From Harriotta raleighana (lineage: Eukaryota), in NCBI GenBank assembly GCA_050575255.1, contig JBNZDD010013595.1:1406039-1470038 (forward strand): DNA of 64,000 nt, written 5' to 3'. Made by a program: the position numbers and the translations under genes. Below the pieces are notes generated by a model that saw only the letters and a program-made list of their open reading frames with translations, was not told the DNA's origin and made no database searches. This document shows, one piece after another, positions 1-12,810 of this stretch. Position 1 is the first letter of the stretch; each line of letters opens with the position of its first letter.

Positions 1-1330
1 GTAGGTGAATTACATCCCGATTAAGGTTCAGAGTTAACTTCTCCATTTTCTTTAATTTGTTTCAATCATGGCTTTGAACACTCATCTCCGAGGCTGTATT
101 ACTGGTTTTATGGTGTTCTTTATCCTCATCTCGTACATTAACCCTCTTTTACCAAATAACTTGGTTGTATTTTCCTGTTTCTAATCTTTTATTCTCTTCT
201 TTCTTCACAGTTTGTATTATTTTCAACACTCACATTTTGATTATGTTCCTGGAGACCAAACAATGTGTCTGCCTGTGCTTTAATTTTGTTAAATGTTATT
301 TTATATATTTTATTTTTGTACCTTCTTTCTATTTCTACTCTTCATACAGTTTCAATTTCACCTATGATTTGCCACTAACCTTATTTTTCCTATTTGCATT
401 ATTTCTCCCTGTGGTGTTATTTTCGAACCTCATATATTCCTCTAATGACACCACACCAGCTTGTGCTCCACCATCCAATTTGTATTGTAGATGCTTTTCC
501 CCTTTCATGCACCACCCATTCTTTATCCTCTCTTCTCTATCCATGTTCCCTGTAATTTCCACTGTATCAATATTCTTCTTCTTCCTCACTGCTATTGGAT
601 TCCACCTTCCAGCTTCTCAACATTTCACTATTTCTTGATATTCTCAGATAGTCACTCATCCTCCTATATTCTCTTCTTACTAGCATTCTACTCCCTGGTT
701 TTCTCTCTGTTGTTCTCAGTCCCCAGATCCTCACTGGCCTTTGTTGTTTATTTCTGCACTTTCAGGCATTTTTATTACAAATATAACAATATTTCCCTTG
801 TTCTGGACCTCATCCGAAAGGGTATTTTGATTTATATTGCTCACATGACAAGTGGTTATACATCTTTCACTTAGGGCTGTATATCGGCTGTACTTCATAC
901 TTTTCATCTGTATTATTCTAACTCTGTCTCCAAGCCATTTGAGCAATTTCCATCTCTTGTTCCAGATTTTGTTCAAACTCTGTCATGTGTGCTCTGGATA
1001 AGTCTTCTATATTTATTATTTGTAACACTTTCTGTAAATTCAAGTCAGTTTGCTTCAGAAACTTGTTTATTCTGTTGCTTTTAATCTCCATTGATCACTT
1101 CCCTTTTCTCAGAGTTCCATAGTTGCATGTGTTGCTGAGTAACATTAATACAGTACAGCAAAATATTGGCTAAATGTTTCCACAGGGCCTTGTTTTCTGG
1201 TATTAAACTTACATTTGTCAATGTTTATATTGTTATGTCTATAACACTAATTTCATAATATTTACTATATCATCTAAAGGCATGTCCATATCCCTTTCCA
1301 GGGTCTCAAAGTATTCTCTGGCATCATCCC
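1..1330 (-). mobile_element. Decayed Ty3/Gypsy LTR-retrotransposon gag-protease region (frameshifted)
   Basis: Minus-strand translations give gag-like KFNTRKQGPVETFSQY, LLSNTCNYGTLR and KFLKQTDLNLQK, a protease-like YKLDGGAQAGVVS (cf. LD[TS]GA) in ORF 362-589, and a pre-RT PVIQPRR segment near position 100; multiple stops and frameshifts. Confidence 0.75.
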
Positions 1331-2947
1331 TTGCTACACTGGTGATCAATGCAAATACTGTGAAATCCCATTCAAACTAGTTGCAATTAATCATCAGGTT
1401 TCAAGTTAACTTCAATGGTTTTGGCATTTGCATTATGGCCTTTAAGCGCTTTGAGATGTTGATAAGTTGTGGAAAGCGCTACGTAAATGTAAGGATTATT
1501 ATTATTATATTATATTATTATATTATTTTGTTTCAGTCTACATTTAGTTTGTTTTAATTCGGTTTCCTATTTCGTAGTCAATCAGTTCCAAAGTCGGTTC
1601 ACTTTTGACACCATAAGATATCACTCGATCCAAATCAAGAGTGGTTTGTAAGCTTCTTTATTTGCCAATGTAAACACTCAAAAATACACAACAACAAATT
1701 ACAATGTATCACGTCTTTCACGTCAGGAGGCCGCCCCAAGGCATTGCCACTCTAAACCATACACTTTGTCCCACTCCTAATATCCTTTTGTATTTTCCGC
1801 CCTTCTTATTATTGTCCCTTTGTTAATTGTCAATTTACTCTTGAAGGAATATCCAACAATATCCTCCCAATAATGATCTCAAGCAGACATACTCAATTAT
1901 TCGTTAAGATTTAATACTTTTCAGCTGTGTGTGTCTTGTGTCTAAAAAATACAATCTTCTCCAAGAATATGCAACAACAAACCTCCTGCATCCCTATTTC
2001 CATGGAGGCTTCATGACCAATTTCTTGTGTCTTGAATGTAACTTAATATTCATAACAAAATAGTACAGTAATACGGTGAGCAGTAAATTGAACATTGCAG
2101 GTCCTCATAGGAATCAGTTTATCTTCTCGATTCTACATTCAATTTAATCCATTTCACTACCTATAAAGGAGAGGAGTTGAATCAATATCAAATCCGCCTG
2201 TTAATGGATGAGAAGCCAGCCAGACCAGAGTAAGATTGCTATGCAGTATTGATTGGCACTCTTTATCTGCAAGAGATTAACGCTTTGCATACAGAAGCAA
2301 GTAGTTATTATTCACTTGCATGGAGCTGAAAGATTCTTCTTTACATCGATCTGCATCATTGTTGGTAAGTGTATTGTAAGACCAATTGCTAAATTGCCCT
2401 CCTATTTTCAGATCATTTATGCATAGACCCAGTAATTAATATGCAAATCATGCTGTGCATCACGGAAGAATGTATGATTTACAGCTACAGACAAAGAGAT
2501 TATGCTGATAAAAGTAGCCTGCACTGTAATAAGCACATAACTGCCTGACTCCCTTTTTCATCCTAACTGAATAAAATAATTTTAGCAAAGGGCTAGAACT
2601 ATTTTATTCAGTAAACTGTGTAGTTTACTTAAAAAGGCTATAGATAATATAATGGCAGGATTTTTGTTATATATAAAGCTAGAAATCAATAACATTTTCC
2701 TGAAATTTTTTGGAAATTTGATGCTGGAAACAAGAAGCAAGCAGACAGCTGCGTTGTTTTAAAAAAAAGTTTGACAAGGAAAGTTGGCAGATTTCAAGTT
2801 GAGTTTTAAAGGTTCTCTTAGATTGCCATATGTTTCCTGCCAAAAATATTCAGATAATGATTTAAAATAAATTATCTTTTTAATTTGATTTTTTTTGTTT
2901 TTATTACATAAATCCTGATTGGACTGGAGAGCTAAGGAAACACAGTA

Positions 2948-3733
2948 CAGTAAAACCTTTGTTATCCGGCACCCTCCGGACCTAACCGGAGCTGATTAAT
3001 CAAATATGCCGGATATTCGAGTAGCAAGTTGGCGAAAATCCAGCAAAAAAAATTAACTTATTTTAAAACATACCATATCAATAATAGACTAAATAATAAC
3101 AGCATATTGTATGGATACTTAGCAAAAAGCATTCCAGCACACTCGGCAAAATGATCGGTAAAAAAGCATTCCAGCATTCGTGCTTCGAGATATCTATATA
3201 CTATATATGTATAATTATTATTTTATTTTTTAAAAAGTGAAGTTACCTTATTAATTGATTGGGTCAATAGCAAAGGGCGTGAGCAGGCTTGAGGGTAGGC
3301 CGTTAAAAGTGAACTCAACCTAACGTGTTGGCGTGTAATCCATCTGATTCACACGAGTGGTGACCAATGGGACGCTGGGCTGACTTGACTGGTGGGGACC
3401 ATTAGCCAATCAGTGTACAGACCATTAGCCAATCAGTGTTCAGGCCGTTCGCCAATCAGTGTACAGAGAGCAAGAGGAGGACGGGAGTTCAGGTACTATC
3501 CCGCCAACCTTTGCAGCTGTTAATATGATAATCTGGCATCCCAGGCAACTGCCTAGTTCACCTAAAGGTAGCGCCGGCCCTGAATGTGCCACCCAAGTGC
3601 AAAGTGAGCAAACCGCGAGTGTCCCGGATGGCTACGGTATGAGATCCGGTTGCTGAAATGGTGAGTTGTATTGGGAGATACTGGTTGGTTGAGTATGCCA
3701 TTGGTTGGGTACCAGATAAACAAGGTTTTACTG
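2948..3733 (+). mobile_element. Non-autonomous Tc1/mariner-pogo (Tigger-like) DNA transposon
   Basis: TIRs CAGTAAAACCTTTGTTATC / GATAAACAAGGTTTTACTG with TA on both sides; no transposase ORF; homologous to 11944-12266. Confidence 0.9.
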
Positions 3734-4929
3734 TAGTAAAGTGTGTGGTGTTCAATAATTGACATGAATTGCCATAATCTCTGCATTTCATACAGCACTT
3801 TATCACATGATCAATATTGCACATCTCAAATTGTTTCACAGGATTTACTGTAAAGTGAAGTAAAATGAAGTGACTGTGTATTTGTGGATGAACGTCGCCA
3901 TCAATTTGTGCACACCAATGTCCCACAAACAGCCATGAAATGAATGACCATTTTTATCCAGTGGATTGTTGGCCAGTACAATGGGAGTGCTCCCATTTTG
4001 ATCCAGTTTAATTCTGATTGCACTAAAAGCCGACTTTTATTTTCACTCTTGGCAATAGACACAAGCACAATATTGATACTAAATAGATTTTCAATTGCCA
4101 ATTTGCTATGGTCCTGTACCAGCAATATTCTTATTGGAATTTGAAGTATAATTGAGTTCTAGCTGTTGATGTTCATCACTGATTATTTCAGTTCTGAACA
4201 TTAATGATATAGTGAGCACTAAGGGCGCAGCTCAGGAGGGCTTGGGTGTGGCTCTTGGGTGTGCCCCATCTCTCTCTGATGTGCTGGGGCTAGGCTGAGA
4301 AGGTTGGAGACTCTGGCCTGGTCCGTGGAAAGGCAGCATGAGGGCTTGCCACTTGGCCAGCCACATGATTAAATATTGATTATAGGATTATTGCGAGTGG
4401 GCAGGTCTGTAGGAGGGGTGACAGGCATTGCCCATGAACCCAGATGCCTGTGTCCATCCATGTTTGATGTGTTGCTTTTGTGGTTCTGGGTATTCCTTCA
4501 CCTCCAAATTTAGATCAGGTTGCAGCAGATTTCCCATGGTCAGTGTTGCATACCTCCAGTTACCAGGTACATGCTTTTGCAGCACTTCCTTATTAAAGAA
4601 TCCCACTGAGAAATGTCACAAATGTGCCCACAAATGTTTCTAAAAGATGCAGGTCTTTTGCATGGGTCGGATTTTTCAAATAATAGTAATGATAATTCTT
4701 GCATTTGATAAAAGCCGCATCATGCCTTTGAGAATTCTAAAACACTTCACAGAATATAGTTTAAAGTGAATTAACTGTAAATTTTGTGTACGAAATCTGC
4801 AGCCAAGTTCACACAGCAGTGTTCCATAAACATTCGTGGATTGAGGGAAATTATTTTTTAAAGAGATTATTACCTCTGGAAAAGCAACCTGCCAATTGAC
4901 TAACAACCGGGTTCCTATTTATCGACAAG

Positions 4930-5060
4930 TAAATAGTGGTGTGGAGTAAGAAAACAGAGGCGTGTGGAATAAGGAAATTTTCCTAACCCTTTTCCCTGCC
5001 TGAGAATCGATCCCAGATCCTCTTGCTTTGGAGGCGAGTGCTCTATGCTACAGGACTCCT
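4930..5060 (-). mobile_element. tRNA-derived SINE head fragment
   Basis: Reverse complement reads GGAGTCCTGTAGC...GGGATCGATTCTCAGGCAGGG...TTTCCTTATTCCACACGCC, matching the heads of the full copies at 55949 and 58960. Confidence 0.75.
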
Positions 5061-5144
5061 GAATAAATCGCCCCAGATTACTAAACAAATCAATTTTTTT
5101 TTAAAGAAATTTGCATTTTCACTGTCTAAATACTTTTCTTTAGT

Positions 5145-6815
5145 GCAACAACAAAATTCCATTTAGCAGCATCTTTTTCTATGGGAGGATGTCACAAAGC
5201 ACTTGCCAATCAATGTTTCAGACCCAAGTTGGGGTCAAGATGCAGGCGGGTGTAGAACAGGGTGGGTGGGGGGAGCAGGAAGGAGAGTGACCAAAGATAT
5301 GTTCAAAGAGAAGGATCTTGGGACGGGATTTCCAGAGGGTGGGGGTAGATTGGCAGAAAGCTCGCCTGCCAATGGTGAGGCAGGGGATATGAAGCAGGCC
5401 AAAACCTGCTGAGTGGAGGGAGTGAACAGATTGGTACAATAACAAAATTTCTTGAGCCCCTTTCACGTTGGGCGGATGTGCCAAGGCGCTGAACAGTCAG
5501 GTCAGCACCCGAACAAGGGGGTGGGGCAGAGTAGGGGGGAGGTGAGGGAGAGAGTTAGGAAGAGAGGGAGAGAGTTGGGAGGGCAACGGAAGGCACGATC
5601 GAAGAGGAGGGTCTTGAGACCGGCCTTGAAGAAGGCAAGGGAGGAAGCGAGGTGAAAGGACTGTGGGATGGAGTTCCAGAATGTGGGGGCAGAGAGGCTG
5701 AAAGCCCATCCACCATGGTAGGGCATGGGACATGGAGCAGACTAGAGCCTGCTGAATGGAAGGGGCAGGCAGCTTTATAGGGGGACAGCAGGTATGAGAG
5801 ATAGGAGGGGCAAAGCCATGAATGGCCTTGAAAGTGTTAGGGGGTTAGAAGGTCGCAGAAGTCAGAGGGGCAAAGTCATGGAGGGCTTTGAAGGTGAGGA
5901 CCAGGAACTTGAACTATATTCACTATGTGATGGGAAGCTAGCGGAGTCGGGTGAGGATGTTGGTGATAGAGTTGGAAAGCCTGGTGCAGGAGAGAACACG
6001 GGCTGAAAAATTCTGGATGCTCTGTAACCTGTAGAAGGAGGAATTGGGGAGGCCAACAAGTAGTGAATTTGCATAGTCTAGCATGGATTTAATGAACATA
6101 TGTATGAAAGTCTCAGTGGCCAGCGGTGTGAAACAGTGGAGGAGCCAGGCAATATTGCAAATGTATTGCGAAGGAGCTCTGGTCGCAGATTGACAAAATC
6201 TCATGACACAGATGTGGGGTACAAAGGATAGTTGAGGCTCAAACAAGACTGAGGTGGAGTGTGCATCTTTGGATGGTGATCCTGACAGCAGCTGAGGTGT
6301 GGCAATGCTGTGGGAGAAACGCAGGCCGGCCTTGGTCTTGTTGACATTCAACTGTAGAAAGTTAGCTCTCATCCAGGTTTGATGTTCAATGGGCAGTCTA
6401 TTAGAACTGCAGTGGTCATGGAGTCGAGAGTGGAGGCAAAAAAGATAGAGTTGGGTAGCATCGCATACATGTGGAAATTGACCCCATGTCTGAGGATGAA
6501 GTCACCAAGAAGTAGCTTATGGATATTGAAAAGGAGGGGACCAAGTACAGAGACCTGAGGAACTCCACACAAAATGGTGGAGGGACTAGAAGAGAAGCCA
6601 TTTGTGGAGTTGAAGTGGAGACAGTGTGGGAACCATTCATGGACAGAACCTGAAGGTTAAGGTGAGTGGATAGGTAGTGGAGGAGGATAAAGTGGTCAAC
6701 GGTATTGAAGGCAACAGAAAGGTCAACGAGGATGAGTTGGCAGAAGGAGCCCTGGTCGCAGATGGACAAAATCTCATTTGTAGCATTGACCAAAGTAATT
6801 TCTGTGCTGTGAGAG
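5145..6815 (-). mobile_element. L2 LINE 3' region (RT C-terminus and 3'UTR) with a second L2 3' fragment nested at ~5436-5850
   Basis: ORFs contain GVPQVSVLGPLLFNI, VNFHMYA, FLQLNVNKT, LDYANSLLVGLP, LQSIQNFSARVL and LVDLSVAFNTVDH; two (CAA)n-type tails at ~5147 and ~5437. Confidence 0.9.
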
Positions 6816-7473
6816 TACAGTAAAAGATCCAAGTTTCAGCATTGGACTAATGTAATAAATGCTGTTTTATATACTAATTTGCAAATATTAGCTGCTTCTG
6901 CTCTTTTACAAGCATGTTAGCAGTTTGATTCAAGGATGCCACCTTTGTAAAAGAGTGGATTTGTAAATGTCTCATGAATCACCTCACACGTGGGACGAAT
7001 CAATTGCATTTACGTCAATGACACGTATGTCATATAATTACTGAAGTATGCCAAATGGTGGTTGAATCAGAGTATCAATTGAAATGCATTCAGCCAAAAA
7101 TTGCAGTAATGTGGGTCAGATTCAGAGGTGATCAGTGTGACGCCATTTTGTTCTCGTCACAACATTAGTTTCAAGATGGTTTCAAGGTCCAAGAAACAAT
7201 GTCCCATAACAAAACAACAATGAAACAACAACATAGGATTGATGTTTAAAATATGGAGACCATATTGTGATTAGTTAACCAGATTTCCCGAGTGAGCGCA
7301 CAACCCACTAATCCACATCACATCACACGACTGAACACCACACCACCCAATGCTTCCTTTTCAATTCCTACATTTTATTTAAATTCAGCAAATCCCACTT
7401 TCAATCTTTTACAACCCATACCTATATTCAAATCCCCAAATTTATTGACGTTATAATAATTGTAGTGATAGTA

Positions 7474-7736
7474 CAGTAAAACCTCGATAATTCGACATTC
7501 CGAAATTAGGCAACTCCCTAAAACCGACAAGATTTCAAAATCCATACAGTATTAGATTTTTTCCGATGTCTGCAAACCTCCCGAAATTCGGAACAGATGC
7601 TTGTAGTTCTCGGCTTGGCTGCTCTGTCACCCAGCGCTGTGGGTGGAGCTCAGCCATTGTTTGACTTCAGTGCTGTGTTTATCAGCTCACAGCCATTTCT
7701 AGGGGAGGTTTGCACCAGATTATCGAGGTATTACTG
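7474..7736. mobile_element. Tigger/pogo-type MITE, second family
   Basis: TIRs CAGTAAAACCTCGATAAT / ATTATCGAGGTATTACTG flanked by TA. Confidence 0.85.
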
Positions 7737-7970
7737 TATTTGTAAAAGTGTTGGGGAGGACACCACAAAATGCTTCACAGGGTTTGCTATAGTGACTACT
7801 GTACAGTGTCTGTCTTTTGTAAGTAAATTCAGCAGCCAATTTGCTCACAGAAATGTCCTACACACATAAAGCGAATGATCACTTTTATCCAGGGCATTGT
7901 TGGCCAGGACACCAGGAGATTTCCTCCTCTTTTGAATGGTTTCACTAATCCATATGTTTATAAATAGTGA

Positions 7971-8172
7971 CAAAATACTGCAAATGTTGGACATCTGAAA
8001 TAAAAACAGAAGTCACTGGGAACACTCAGCAGGTCAGGCAACATCTATGGAAAGAGTGAGTTCACGTTTCAGATACTGACGAAAGGTCATCAATCTGAAA
8101 CGTTAACTCACTTTCCTCGCTCCATAGATCCTGCTTAATCTGCAGTGTTCCTGTGACTTCTGTTTTTCTTCA
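7971..8172. mobile_element. Penelope-like element terminus arranged as an inverted repeat
   Basis: AAACAGAAGTCACTGGGAACACTCAGCAGG...ATCTATGGA...CGTTTCAG is mirrored by CTGAAACG...TCCATAGAT...GTGTTCC.GTGACTTCTGTTT; same sequence adjoins the Penelope ORF end at 35.4-36.1 kb. Confidence 0.8.
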
Positions 8173-9550
8173 CAGCTAGTGGTGTTTTGATAGGCGCAAT
8201 ATTAAATCAGAACATGACAACGAGGAACCCAGACTTAGCTTCAGGAAGATCAAGATAGAAGGGTGATACAGTACTAACTCACAATCAAAGTCTATCAGAT
8301 TGATTGCTTTTTAAAATAGTTTGTGTTTCCAAATAAAATAGCAGTCGCCTTGTTTAAAGCAAATTTGAACCTCAATTTAAAATAATAGAAGATCAAAGCT
8401 GCGCAAATTTAATCTTTTTCCTATGAAACACAACAGGTTCAACACAATAGCACTTCCAATACAGCTTCACATTTGATGGTTTGAGGGGACCTGACACTTA
8501 TATCCACACCGAGGACTAATAAGTTATCTTATTAGAAATGTTCCAGATTGGAGATAGGTGTCTATCGCCCCTTCCCTCACATCTTTCAAGATCCACCTCA
8601 AGACCTTCCCCTATGACCATGACATTGGTTATGATTCCCCATCGCTATCCCACTTGGCTCTCCTTTAGCCCATATCCGCACCCCCTCCTCAGTCCCCCAC
8701 GCTCAGCTCAGGCGCAAATCCTGTTGATTGTTGTCCTTGTCTATTTATTGAGCGAGTTGTGTAAACCACGTGTACATTATGTGAGTTTTCCAGGCTGTGT
8801 GCATATACTTGTAGAAGGGTTGATCAATGCCTCTAATTATGTAATTAAAACCCATTGAATCTTTAACATGCGGCTCACAAAACTTGTTTAATAGACCCCC
8901 AATGTTTTCAATTTTAGAAATAAGGACAAACAGTATTTGCTACAATAGCATTTATCTGAAATGGGGGTGGGGGTGAGGGAGTGAGAAGGGTGGAAAGAAC
9001 CATTGGAAATTGAGAGATGTTTATGAAATTGAGAATATTTTGCGGATAAATGTCGTCGACATATTGCAGTAGAATCTGTCTGAGGACTGCAATAATTGTC
9101 ACTTGAGTGAGTCATTGCTTTGGAGGCAGTGCTTGCTCTCTGCGAGAAAATTCATTCATGCAATTTTTGAAAATAGTTGGCATGTTGACAAATCACAGCG
9201 AGACAACCCAAATGTGTTTTGTAATTGAAAAAAGTGCTTTTCCCTTAGCTGATTCCCCAAGCTTTCCAAAACAGAAATGGATTGAAAGTGGAAGCCAATA
9301 TCAAAGTTACGCATTGTCATGTTCCGCAGGATATTGGCCCAGTGTAATGCTGAATGACAGCAATGCCTAATTAGGTCACTATGATGCACAGCACCCAGAG
9401 TGTATGCACTCAGCTTATAGCAAACTCCCACTCTACTGACAATAATATACTGTCATCAGTGAGCTCAGACATTCTGAATGTAACAGTAGAATTTTCCTCA
9501 GTAATGTTTTCCTCCTGTAATGTGTTCTTCTGCTGTATTATTTAAATGGT

Positions 9551-9936
9551 GGAATTCCATAGCATAGTGGTTAGCGAGCTTGCCTGTCAAGTGAGAGGAA
9601 TGGGTTCGATTCCTGAACAGGGTGAAATCTTATCGAAGTTTCCATACTCTGCTCGCCTCAATTTATCTAGCAGTAATAATAATAAAAATACTAATAATAA
9701 TAATTGCATTTGATATAGAGCTTTTCATATCTTCTAGACGTCTCAAAGCGCTTCACACAATATACTGTGAAGTGAATTAACTGTGTATATCTTGGTGAAC
9801 CATCGTAGCCAATTTTGCACAGCATTATCCCACAAACAGTCATGGATTGAAATTGGTATTGGTAATTGGTTTAGTATGGAGTAACTTGCCCCTCATTTGT
9901 GAGGCAAGTGCCCTAACCACCGAACTACAGGAGTCC
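9551..9936. mobile_element. Two tRNA-derived SINE pieces, tail to tail (+ strand head 9551-9690; - strand internally deleted copy 9691-9936)
   Basis: A box TAGCATAGTGG and B box GGTTCGATTCC on +; reverse (ATT)n tail GCATTTGATATAG and head CTACAGGAGTCC on -. Confidence 0.75.
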
Positions 9937-11409
9937 ACAAATTATTGTTAGCACTACCTCTTATCCGAATGGAGATAAAATTAGTGAGAAACTGGCATAG
10001 CTCGGATTATCTTTTTGAGTTGAGCTTTGTCCTGATAACTAGCACTCTATTTCCACGATCCACTAGTTTGATTTGTGCTAAATTTCTGAACCAATCATTA
10101 TGATGGAAATGTGGCTCATTCTTACTGACTACACAGTGCCTCTAGGCATTGATCAGCTGTATTGTTCAATGACTTGGTACTTAAAACAATGCTGTTCACA
10201 ATTTTTATCCCAATATTCCAACAAACTCACATAGATTCAGTTGGCCAATAAACTAATTGCAAACTTTATTTTTAAGTTATTTTTTCAGGAGATGTAAGAT
10301 ATATGACAAGGCCAAAAGTAGAGGGAAAGAACCATGATTAAGGGGAAATAGATATCTGCTTGGGGCTTTGTACATAGGGCAAAATAAGTACATGAACCAC
10401 AAGGAAAATGAATGGAAGTTGCAATGAACAAAAAGAATGGAGGTTGAGGATTTTTTTTTTTTTAAAAACACAGATAACAGGCCTGGAATTCCATGTAGGC
10501 TTGGCTTGTAGGATCATTTTATTTAAAATTTAGGACAGCTCAGAATCATGAAAAGTACTTAAATTCTTTATTTCGAAGCTGGTGCAAAAATAGCTGGCTG
10601 CTGTGGTTTGCCTACAAACAAAATCATTACATTGAGCAGTAGTTATCTGTATTTTTATATGAAAAGGTGCTCTGAAGGTGGAAGTTCCAGGATTTGTAAT
10701 GGTTTTGCCTTGCATTTTATCTTTAATCTGCCCAGCAGAAAAAGTGTGCAACAAAGACTGGAAGCTGTACCTGTGTGCTCCATTCAGCTCACACTCTTTT
10801 ATCCAACTCATTCCACGAGTGCACACGTTACTGAACACATAACAAATACAATAAATAAAACGTGACATCCCATTAATTTTCTGGATATGCTGAGCCCCTG
10901 TTCCAGTGGTGTCAGAAGGGTTCAGAAATGGAACCAGTGATCCATGGACAAGTCACTGCCTGGGTTGTTTGCCTGCTGGCAGTGATGATAGACAGCTATT
11001 CAAAGTATTTATGGTGCCTCTTTCGCTCCAGTGATAACACTTCCCACATCCAAGACTGAGTTGCTACAAAATGAGTTACAGTTTATAGATAATCTAATGC
11101 AACACAATCTAATTACAGTTACATTTACAGGAATCCAAGTCTGTATCTCTAGGCCGAGACTGTATTAAAACAGATTCAGGATCCACCAGAAGGCTATAGA
11201 GAAGGGAAGCCTGTGACTGTGCAGTTTGATGTAAAGTTTATATTGTTGAGAATATCTGACAAGTATCTGTTAAAAGTGCCGTGAATGCCCACATCAGACA
11301 TATCTACACTTGTAGTGAAGCAATTGGCATGTTCTTCTCCATAACATTAAAAGTACATTAGCAAATGTAAGGATTATGATTATTATTTGTTATTATTATT
11401 ATGTTGAAG

Positions 11410-11690
11410 AACCAATTTTATCTGGAGGATTTTTGTCCAGGATACTGGAAGAAACTTCTTTTTCTTTTTGAATAGTGGGAATAGGATCATCAATGTTCAC
11501 TGGAAGAGGCAGACAAGACTGGTTTAACATCTCACCTGAAGGATCCCATCTCTGCCAATTTAGTACCTCGTAGCACTGTATCAAAATGTCAGCCAAAGTA
11601 TGAGTATCTGCTCAAAATCCCCTAATGGGCCCTGGCCACATTACCTTCTTATCCAGAAGTCAGAATGTTACCAACAGAGCCAAGCTGACT
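11410..11690 (-). mobile_element. Ancient Deu-domain SINE (SacSINE1/AmnSINE1-like), degraded
   Basis: Reverse complement resembles the Deu core (GATGTTAAACC...TCTGCCTCT...GATCC...CACTATTC...AGAAG...TCCTGG) and a tRNA-like head; similar to 51801-52140. Confidence 0.65.
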
Positions 11691-11943
11691 CTTGACACCT
11701 TTGTATTATTTTTAGAAAAGGTTTATTTTCCTTCATTGTTTCATGTTCAAAATAGTTTGGTGGGTGGTGGGGATGTGATCCATGATCTCTAAGTACTGAT
11801 AAATATAGAGAAATTACTTGAAATTTGCCACCAAAGTAGAAGTAAAGGGCATAGATTTTAAAATTAAAATATTTATTGGTGTTGCAATCATGCTTCCTGT
11901 GTTTTCTGAATCCTCGTCAAAGAGCCAAAAACTACATACAGTA

Positions 11944-12266
11944 CAGTAAAACCTTGTTTATCCGGTACTCAACCAGCCGCCATACTCAACCAACCGGTAT
12001 CTCCCAATACAATTCACCATTCCAGCAACCGGATCTCATACCGTAGCCACCCAGTATACTCGTGGTACGCTCACTTTATTGGTAAGTATTGGTAAGTAAG
12101 TAACAATATTCTGTTATTATTTAGTCTGTTATTAATATGATATGTTTAAAAATAAGTAAATTTTTTGTTGTTGGATTTTCGGCAACTTGCCACTCGAATA
12201 TCCGGCATATTTGATTAATCGGCACCGGGCAGGTCCCAAAGGTGCCGAATAACAAAGGTTTTACTG
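11944..12266 (-). mobile_element. Internally deleted, inverted copy of the 2948-3733 Tigger-like element
   Basis: Same TIRs with TA flanks; both ends align to 2948-3100 and 3600-3733 in reverse orientation. Confidence 0.9.
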
Positions 12267-12398
12267 TAAAATCATGTAAAACGGGCTTCCCCAGTGATCT
12301 ATACATGGTGTACCTGAGTGAGCAAAGGCACCTGAGACATAAACAGTGTTTTCTCTTGCAAAACCAGTTGCATATCAAGCAGAATCGGAGGATTATAT

Positions 12399-12810
12399 AA
12401 CAATAATAATAATAATCTTGGCATTTGATACAGTAAAACCTCGATAATCCGTTAGGGTTGGGCCCACTCACCTCCCAAATTTCGGAGTTTGCTGGTATTT
12501 AGAAACCTGCCTAGAAATGGTTGGGGAAGTCCTGCCCCATACTGCTGTGTAAACACAGCACTAAAGCCAAACAATTGACTGTGTATTTTGTGGGTAAAAC
12601 ACAACAACCAAATTGCACACAGCAGTATCCCACAAACAATTATGTGTAGAGTGACCAAATTATTTTTTTGGAGGATTATTATCCTCAAAAGCAATCCACC
12701 AATCAACTAATGGATTCCTACTTACTACTTACTTATCAAAGCTTTGGCCCCATCTGGGAATCAAACCCAGGTCACAAGGAGAGCGCTAACAATTACTCTA
12801 TGATAGTCCG
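12399..12810 (-). mobile_element. tRNA-SINE interrupted at its tail by a truncated MITE (from 12431) of the 7474 family
   Basis: (AAT)n-CTTGGCATTTGATA|CAGTAAAACCTCGATAAT; SINE body resumes at AATTGACTGTGTATTTTGTGGG. Confidence 0.75.
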
